Positions 7,311-12,291 of a DNA stretch of 12,291 bases are shown piece by piece; the first letter of the stretch is position 1; each line of letters opens with the position of its first letter. The translations under genes were made by a program, and so were the position numbers. The stretch lies in assembly GCA_052386995.1 (NCBI GenBank), contig JBQTJP010000147.1:1-12291 (forward strand), given 5' to 3'. The notes under the pieces are model-generated. The model was not told where the DNA came from and made no database searches. It was given only the letters and a program-made list of their open reading frames with translations. The stretch is from Armatimonadota bacterium (lineage in GTDB: Bacteria; Sysuimicrobiota; Sysuimicrobiia; Sysuimicrobiales; Humicultoraceae).

Positions 7311-8478
7311 TCTGGAGGCCCGCAGGCCCTATCTCGTGCAGACCTTCACCGACGCCGAATACGAACGGCGTCTCCGCGCCACGTGCTACGGCATGGAGCG
7401 CGAGGGGTTCGACTGCCTCGTGCTCTACGCGGCGGGGAAAACCGAGGCCGCCGCCCCCGTCACCTACCTCACCAACTATGTGCCGGTGTACGGCAATGCC
7501 TTCGCGGTACTGCATGCGGACGGCCGCCTCACCGTCACCACCGACGGGATCCTGCATGCCGAGCCGATGCACTCGATGATCTGGACATGCCGGGTGGCCG
7601 ATGTCCGTGTCGCCCTGGGACCCATCTACGGCGGCGCCGTTGATGAGGTGGCGGCGCTGGCCGCCGACGCGGCCCGGGGGGCGAAGCGGGTCGGTCTTGT
7701 CGGCAACGGCCTCCTGCCCCACAGTCTCCACGAGGCGCTCTCTTCGCGGCTGCCCGACCTTCGACCGGCCGACCATGTGCTGGGCGGCGTCCGCATCATC
7801 AAGAGCGACGAAGAGATCGCCAAAATGCGCGAGGCCGGACGGATCGCGGATGCGGCCTACGAAGCCGTCTTCGCGACGCTTGCGCCTGGGGTCGAAGAGA
7901 CGACTGTGGCTGCGGCAGCGGTGCACCGCATACATAGCCTGGGCGGCCGCGAAGGATTCCCGACGTCTGTCGTCGGCGGCACCCAGGCCGGCCTGAAGCA
8001 TGGCCACCCGCGCCGCCGCGCGCTGGTCGACGGCGAGATGGTCTTCACCGACCTGGGGGTCGCCTTCGATGGCTATATGGCGGATGTCAGCCGCTGCACC
8101 GTGGTCGGGCCCGCCCGCGGGGATGCACGTGACCTTCTTCACGTTGGGCTCGATCTCTACCACGCGGGGCTGCAGATCATCGGGTCCGGCAAGACCATTG
8201 ACGAGGTCTCCGATGCGCTCCTGGCGGTCGTACGCGGGACGAAGTACGAGCCGTACTACTGCTCCGGCGGGTTCGGTCATGGCATCGGCATGTCGGTGCT
8301 CGAAATCCCCGGGCTGTTCGCGGGCAACACGACCGTGCTGCGACCGCGTATGACCGTGGCCTACGAGCCGATGGTCGTCGTCGAGGGTCTAGGGACCGGA
8401 GTAGTCGAAGATACGCTTCTGATCACCGAGACCGGGTATGAGCGCCTGTCGCTGTATCCGGTGGTCACCTGGACGTAA
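7291..8478 (+). CDS. M24-family (Xaa-Pro peptidase/creatinase-like) metallohydrolase, paralog 2
   Basis: ATG 7291 preceded by AGGAGG (7276-7281). FTDAEYERRL, YLTNY, RIIKSDEEIAKMREA; ligands FTDLGVAFDGYMAD, GHGIG, AYEP, VED. The ORF-track extension to 7042 lies inside the LLM gene. Confidence 0.92.
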   Translation: MPRVPFDLEARRPYLVQTFTDAEYERRLRATCYGMEREGFDCLVLYAAGKTEAAAPVTYLTNYVPVYGNAFAVLHADGRLTVTTDGILHAEPMHSMIWTCRVADVRVALGPIYGGAVDEVAALAADAARGAKRVGLVGNGLLPHSLHEALSSRLPDLRPADHVLGGVRIIKSDEEIAKMREAGRIADAAYEAVFATLAPGVEETTVAAAAVHRIHSLGGREGFPTSVVGGTQAGLKHGHPRRRALVDGEMVFTDLGVAFDGYMADVSRCTVVGPARGDARDLLHVGLDLYHAGLQIIGSGKTIDEVSDALLAVVRGTKYEPYYCSGGFGHGIGMSVLEIPGLFAGNTTVLRPRMTVAYEPMVVVEGLGTGVVEDTLLITETGYERLSLYPVVTWT

Positions 8479-8498
8479 GGCCGGGCAGAATCAGCGCA

Positions 8499-8510
8499 GA
8501 GGAGGGGCAG
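8499..8510 (+). promoter_or_regulatory. Ribosome-binding site for the beta-hydroxyacid dehydrogenase
   Basis: GAGGAGGGG just upstream of ATG 8511. Confidence 0.65.
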
Positions 8511-9416
8511 ATGGCAAAGGTCGCGTTCTTCGGCGCCGGGCTGATGGGTGAGCATATGGCGGGCCACCTGCTCGAGGCCGGGCACGGCGTCGTGGTCGTC
8601 GCGCACCGCAACCGTGCGTCTATCGAGCGACTCCTTACCCGGGGCGCGACCGAGGCCGCGACTCCCGCGGAGGCCGTGCGGGATACGGACGTCGCGATCA
8701 TGATGGTACCCACGTCTCGCGAAGTCGAGGAGATCCTGTTCGGACGGCGCGGGCTGGCTGACGAGATCGCGCCAGACTATACGGTCATCGACATGGGGAC
8801 CTGTTACCCACCGGACACACGGCGCATCGCCGCTCGGTTCATCGGCATGGGCGGGCGCTTCCTGGACGCTCCGGTCACCGGCGGGCCGTCCGGCGCAAAG
8901 GTGGGCACGCTGACCATCATGGTCGGGGGCGAGCAGGAGACGCTCGATGCTGTGCGTCCGGTGCTCGAGGCGATGGCCCGGCACATCTATCACTTCGGGG
9001 ACGTGGGCGCGGGGCACAGCGCCAAGCTCATCCAGAACATGATCGCCATTATCGCCAGCGCGGGGATCGCCGAAGGCTTGGCTCTGGCCACGGCTGCCAA
9101 CCTCGATGTCGGGAAGCTTTTCGCGATGCTGACGTCGTCCACCGCCAACAGCCCGGCGTTGCAGTACCTCGTTCCCAAAGTCTTCAAGCGCGCATTCGAT
9201 GAGGTCGGCTTCCGCCTCGACATGGCCTACAAGGACATCAGGCAGGCGACCGCGCTTGCGCGGGAGATGACGGTCCCACTGCCCGTTGCCAATGGCGCCA
9301 CCGAGCTGCTGCAGCTCGCTCGGGCCCTGGGATTCGGGCCACAGGACAGCAGCGCGGTGATCCGCGGCCTCGAGACGGTGCTGGGGATCGAAGTGCGCGG
9401 CAGCCCGACCGGGTAG
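8511..9416 (+). CDS. NAD(P)-dependent beta-hydroxyacid dehydrogenase (3-hydroxyisobutyrate dehydrogenase/tartronate semialdehyde reductase family)
   Basis: GAGLMG Rossmann motif, FLDAPVTGG, GTLTIMVGG, catalytic Lys in AKLIQN, FRLDMAYKD. Confidence 0.94.
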   Translation: MAKVAFFGAGLMGEHMAGHLLEAGHGVVVVAHRNRASIERLLTRGATEAATPAEAVRDTDVAIMMVPTSREVEEILFGRRGLADEIAPDYTVIDMGTCYPPDTRRIAARFIGMGGRFLDAPVTGGPSGAKVGTLTIMVGGEQETLDAVRPVLEAMARHIYHFGDVGAGHSAKLIQNMIAIIASAGIAEGLALATAANLDVGKLFAMLTSSTANSPALQYLVPKVFKRAFDEVGFRLDMAYKDIRQATALAREMTVPLPVANGATELLQLARALGFGPQDSSAVIRGLETVLGIEVRGSPTG

Positions 9417-9449
9417 CCGTCACCGGCGGGGAACCGATGGTCGCCCCCG

Positions 9450-10040
9450 ATGCGTGACCGCGGATTCTCGTGGAAAGACCCACAGCTCACGTACGCCGAC
9501 GCCCTGACGGGGGCGCGGCTGGTGATCCTGCCCTATCTGTTGTACGGCCTGATTGCGTCGCTGCCCGGGATGACGATCGCGTCACTCCTCGCGGTGATCG
9601 CCACCGATCTCGTGGACGGCACGATCGCCCGCCGCACCGGTCAGAGCCGCTCGTTCGGTGCCGTCTTTGACAGCACCGTGGACTTCGTGGTGATCTATTC
9701 GGCCTTCACGACGCTCTATGGGATCGGCATCCTCCCCTGGTGGAAGTGGCTGCCGATCGCGGCGACTGGATTTCTGATTGCCGGGACGCAGATCACAAGC
9801 GTACGCAAGACGCACGGCCTGACGTTTGCGCCGGTCCGCTTTGGCAAGCTCGTCGGGCAGGTGCAGTTCGTTTACCTCCCGCTGCTGCTTGCCCGCGCCT
9901 TCTGGGTACGCGCAGGCTGGGCGCAGGTTCTCGACAACGTCGTGTTCGGGATTTTGGCCGCAGCCATGATAGCTAACGCGGTTGATCACGTGCAAATTCT
10001 GAGCAGACTGGTGCGACCGTCGGCCGGCCGCGGCGGCTGA
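9450..10040 (+). CDS. CDP-alcohol phosphatidyltransferase family membrane protein
   Basis: ADALTGARL and the signature DLVDGTIARRTGQSRSFGAVFDSTVD (DxxDGxxAR...GxxxDxxxD); several hydrophobic helices. Confidence 0.9.
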   Translation: MRDRGFSWKDPQLTYADALTGARLVILPYLLYGLIASLPGMTIASLLAVIATDLVDGTIARRTGQSRSFGAVFDSTVDFVVIYSAFTTLYGIGILPWWKWLPIAATGFLIAGTQITSVRKTHGLTFAPVRFGKLVGQVQFVYLPLLLARAFWVRAGWAQVLDNVVFGILAAAMIANAVDHVQILSRLVRPSAGRGG

Positions 10041-10069
10041 CATCCCCGTGAGAGCGATCGGCGGCCGGA

Positions 10070-10975
10070 TCAGCCGCTAAACACCGCGTCCCGAAACCGC
10101 CGGATGGCGTCGATGTGCGCAGCCGGGGTCGCCAGGCCCGCGCGCATCGTCGACACGCCGAGGTGCGTGGCGCCTAGCGCTTTCCACTCTTCCACGCTTT
10201 TGCGCCATTCCTCCGGCCCGCCTCCTCCGATGGCGACGCGCCCTTCGAGTCCCAATGCGGCCGGGTCGCGTCCGGCCGCGCGCGCGTAGCCCCGCAGCCG
10301 TTCGACCAGTTCCTGACGGTTGACAGGGGCCGATCGGGTGTACGGGTCTGGCTGCCCACCCCCGAAGAACCAGCCGTCGGCAAGCCGCGCGGTGCGGCGC
10401 AGCGCCGCATCGGCCGAGCCGCCCATCCAGATCGGGATCGGCCGCTGGATGGGCATGGGATTGATCCCGGCCGCGACGATGTGATGCCACCGGCCGGAGA
10501 ATGTCACGGACTCCTGTGTCCAGAGCGCGCGCAGCACCTTGACCTGCTCGGACATCCGCGCCCCGCGCGTCCGGAAGTCCATGCCAAGGGCCTCGTACTC
10601 GACCGAGTTCCATCCAAGGCCGACTCCGAGCCGCACCCGGCCGCCGCTCAGGACGTCGAGCTCGGCCGCCTGCTTGGCGACGAGTGCCGTCTGCCGCTGC
10701 GGGAGAATCAGCACGCCCGTTCCCAGCTCGATGCGCCGGGTGCTGCCGGCCAGATAGCCGAAGAGGACGAATACCTCATGGAACGGGTCCGCAAGCGTGT
10801 AGCTTCCGAGCCACTCCCGCGCCTGCCCTCGCGGGACCGTGGGGTCGGCGCCTAGGACGTGATCGTACGCGGCCAGATGCGCGTAGCCAAGCGCCTCTAC
10901 CGCCTGCGCGAAATCACGGATCGCCGCGGCGTCGTTGCCGATCTCAGTTTGAGGGAACACGACCCCGAGCTTCAT
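10070..10975 (-). CDS. LLM-class oxidoreductase, probably F420-dependent (Rv2161c-like subfamily)
   Basis: MKLGVVFPQTEIG start, AAYDHVLG, FHEVFVLFGYLA, ILPQRQTALVAKQAAELDVLSGGRVRLGVGLGWNSVEYEALG, IPIWMGG, LADGW. ATG 10975 overlaps the upstream TGA (ATGA). Confidence 0.9.
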   Translation of the reverse strand: MKLGVVFPQTEIGNDAAAIRDFAQAVEALGYAHLAAYDHVLGADPTVPRGQAREWLGSYTLADPFHEVFVLFGYLAGSTRRIELGTGVLILPQRQTALVAKQAAELDVLSGGRVRLGVGLGWNSVEYEALGMDFRTRGARMSEQVKVLRALWTQESVTFSGRWHHIVAAGINPMPIQRPIPIWMGGSADAALRRTARLADGWFFGGGQPDPYTRSAPVNRQELVERLRGYARAAGRDPAALGLEGRVAIGGGGPEEWRKSVEEWKALGATHLGVSTMRAGLATPAAHIDAIRRFRDAVFSG

Positions 10976-11304
10976 GTTCTCGGTGCGTTCCCGGCGACCT
11001 GACCGTCGAGCAGGCGGTAATGCTCGCGCACCCACCGCTCGAGTTGAGTCCCCTGCCGCGTCCGGATGGCATGAAACGTGGGATCGGACTCCTGCTGCAT
11101 CCGGAACCGTTCACGTTCATCCATGCTCGGATATACGCAGTTCCAGATGACATCCGGAACGCCGGGTTCGCCGCCGAGCGGCACCCAGATCTGCCCCGCG
11201 GGCACGCCCAGCTCGAGCAGCCGGCGGGAGGCCTCGACGCGCGTGTCGATCACCCGCTCACGGAGCCCGGCTCTGGCGAAGTACCGTTGATGCACCAAGA
11301 TCAT
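10972..11304 (-). CDS. Small (110 aa) hypothetical protein, possibly NIPSNAP/dimeric alpha-beta barrel fold
   Basis: MILVHQRYFARAG...DVIWNCVYPSMDERERF...DPTF...REHY pattern. Both ends form ATGA overlaps with the neighbouring genes, which supports a real gene. The fold call is tentative. Confidence 0.75.
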   Translation of the reverse strand: MILVHQRYFARAGLRERVIDTRVEASRRLLELGVPAGQIWVPLGGEPGVPDVIWNCVYPSMDERERFRMQQESDPTFHAIRTRQGTQLERWVREHYRLLDGQVAGNAPRT

Positions 11305-11705
11305 CGTGGCGCGGCCGGCGCTTTTCTGGCCGTAGCGCGCGCCGTGTACATGACCCAAAAGAAGTTCCAGGCCACCAGCGCCATGCCCGCCAGCAACATG
11401 CGGGTGACATCGACGATCGGCCGGATTCGTGTCTCTTTCTCGCTGATCTCCAGAACCGCGACCGGCCTGATGGACACACCACCACCGCCGCCGCCGCCGA
11501 CGGACGCTTCCTCTTCTTCTTTCTCCCGCTCGGTGTTCCGCCCCATGCCAAATCCAAAACCATACCGGACTCTGGCAACCGGGATGATCGTGCGGCCGTT
11601 CACGTGCACCGGGTCGCCAAAAACGGTTCGCGCCGAGGCCTTGTCGTGGACCTGGCTGATCCGGCTGATGAGTTCTTCCACGCTCGCGCGTGACTGTTCG
11701 GACAT
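11301..11705 (-). CDS. YtfJ/GerW-family protein (sporulation protein YtfJ-like)
   Basis: ARTVFGDPVHVNGRTIIPVARVRYGFGFGMG, GGGGGGGVSIRPVAVLEI, C-terminal hydrophobic helix; strong SD GGAGGAGGT upstream. Confidence 0.88.
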   Translation of the reverse strand: MSEQSRASVEELISRISQVHDKASARTVFGDPVHVNGRTIIPVARVRYGFGFGMGRNTEREKEEEEASVGGGGGGGVSIRPVAVLEISEKETRIRPIVDVTRMLLAGMALVAWNFFWVMYTARATARKAPAAPR

Positions 11706-11710
11706 ACAGC

Positions 11711-11719
11711 ACCTCCTCC
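11711..11719 (-). promoter_or_regulatory. Shine-Dalgarno for the YtfJ/GerW-like gene
   Basis: ACCTCCTCC on + reads GGAGGAGGT on -, 5 nt before ATG 11705. Confidence 0.75.
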
Positions 11720-11740
11720 GGCAGTGAATCGATGCTCGGG

Positions 11741-11770
11741 CAATCAGGGATTGATGCTATTATGCATCAT
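11741..11770. promoter_or_regulatory. Divergent promoter region with extended -10-like element and inverted repeats
   Basis: AT-rich patch between divergent genes: TGcTATTAT (11755-11763, +), CATAAT on the - strand, inverted repeats CAATC-N3-GATTG and TGATGC-N6-GCATCA. Confidence 0.5.
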
Positions 11771-11794
11771 ATCTCTTGCTGTGGGTGGAACTTG

Positions 11795-12291
11795 GTGAGC
11801 TTCGACCTAACGGTCGAGGGCGTATTCGGCGACCTGCCGGTGCTGCAGACGCAGCGGCTGCGATTGCGCAGACTCCGCGTGGACGATGCCGGAGACGTGT
11901 TCGAATACGCATCTGACCCGGAAGTCTCGCGCTACACGACCTGGGAGGCGCACAAAACTCTCGAAGACAGTCGCGCCTTTCTCATAAGCGTGATTGAGCA
12001 CTACAACACGTTTCAGGTCGCGCCCTGGGGGATGGAGCACAAAGGGGAGGGGAAACTTGTGGGCACGTGCGGTTTCGTCTCCTGGAATCTCCGGCACAGA
12101 CGGGCTGAGATTGCCTACGCGCTGGCGCGGCCGTACTGGAACAAGGGATACACAACGGAGGCGGTCCGGGCCGTGATGGCCTTTGGTTTCGGGGCAATGC
12201 GACTGAACCGCATCGAGGCCCGGTGCGACATCCCAAACATCGGCTCCGCGCGCGTCATGGAGAAGGCCGGTATGAAATTCGAAGGCATCCT
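11795..12291 (+). CDS. GNAT-family N-acetyltransferase, RimJ/RimL type; 3' end outside the window
   Basis: Manual translation from GTG 11795: MSFDLTVEGVFGDLPVLQTQRLRLRRLRVDDAGDVFEYASDPEVSRYTTW...LVGTCGF...RAEIAYALARPYWNKGYTTEA...LNRIEARCDIPNIGSARVMEKAGMKFEGI. Absent from the ORF track because there is no stop in the window. Alternative in-frame starts are TTG 11792 and ATG 11762. Confidence 0.93.
   Translation, partial: MSFDLTVEGVFGDLPVLQTQRLRLRRLRVDDAGDVFEYASDPEVSRYTTWEAHKTLEDSRAFLISVIEHYNTFQVAPWGMEHKGEGKLVGTCGFVSWNLRHRRAEIAYALARPYWNKGYTTEAVRAVMAFGFGAMRLNRIEARCDIPNIGSARVMEKAGMKFEGI

Noticed and set aside
1..9416. Assigning specific gene symbols (pepP, pepQ, allD, comC, nicF, rutA, rutB, garR, mmsB, oppABC)
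   Set aside because: Only family-level motifs are recognisable, and the active-site deviations argue against assuming orthology.
9417..9449. Possible terminator hairpin after the dehydrogenase, and a 6-codon mini-ORF from ATG 9437
   Set aside because: The stem is imperfect with no U-tract; such features arise by chance in GC-rich DNA.
10041..10069. Bidirectional terminator between convergent genes
   Set aside because: Only a weak GC stem (GATC...GATC) with no T- or A-tracts.
10976..11035. 20-residue extension of the minus-strand LLM
   Set aside because: MKLGVVFPQ at 10975 is the family-typical start and forms an ATGA overlap with the upstream gene.
11478..11499. CCA/CCG trinucleotide repeat
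   Set aside because: Encodes the Gly-rich motif typical of the YtfJ family; not an independent repeat or phase-variation tract.
10684..11727. 347-aa plus-strand ORF with a poly-Pro run
   Set aside because: Antisense shadow of the three minus-strand genes; the poly-Pro run mirrors the YtfJ poly-Gly.
11751..11770. FNR/CRP-type box (TTGAT...ATCA)
   Set aside because: The spacer is 10 nt, not the 4 nt of TTGAT-N4-ATCAA.
1..12291. CRISPR array, tRNA/rRNA, IS elements, phage or defence genes
   Set aside because: No spaced direct repeats, RNA-gene signatures, transposase/integrase or nuclease motifs were seen; nearly all bases are explained by metabolic or transport genes.

Overview
High-GC bacterial DNA, densely coding, with no RNA gene, mobile element or CRISPR array visible. 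Positions 1-9416 (+) form a tightly packed cluster that looks catabolic: a 5'-truncated M24 (Xaa-Pro peptidase/creatinase fold) hydrolase, an Ldh_2-family oxidoreductase, an isochorismatase-family cysteine amidohydrolase, an Opp/Dpp-type substrate-binding protein plus two permeases (no ATPase in the window), a luciferase-like (LLM) oxidoreductase, a second M24 paralog and a beta-hydroxyacid dehydrogenase. A CDP-alcohol phosphatidyltransferase follows. A convergent three-gene minus-strand operon with ATGA overlaps encodes a YtfJ/GerW-like protein, a small NIPSNAP-like protein and a probable F420-dependent LLM. A divergent RimJ/RimL-type GNAT, absent from the ORF track, runs off the 3' end. The main lead is a probable uncharacterised import-and-degrade pathway for a nitrogenous small molecule. 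Both M24 enzymes keep all five metal ligands but have lost the substrate-binding His and share an unusual H(G/A)EPMHS motif, and the Ldh_2 enzyme has Gln in place of the conserved SHG His. All family calls come from reading motifs by eye; no searches were run.
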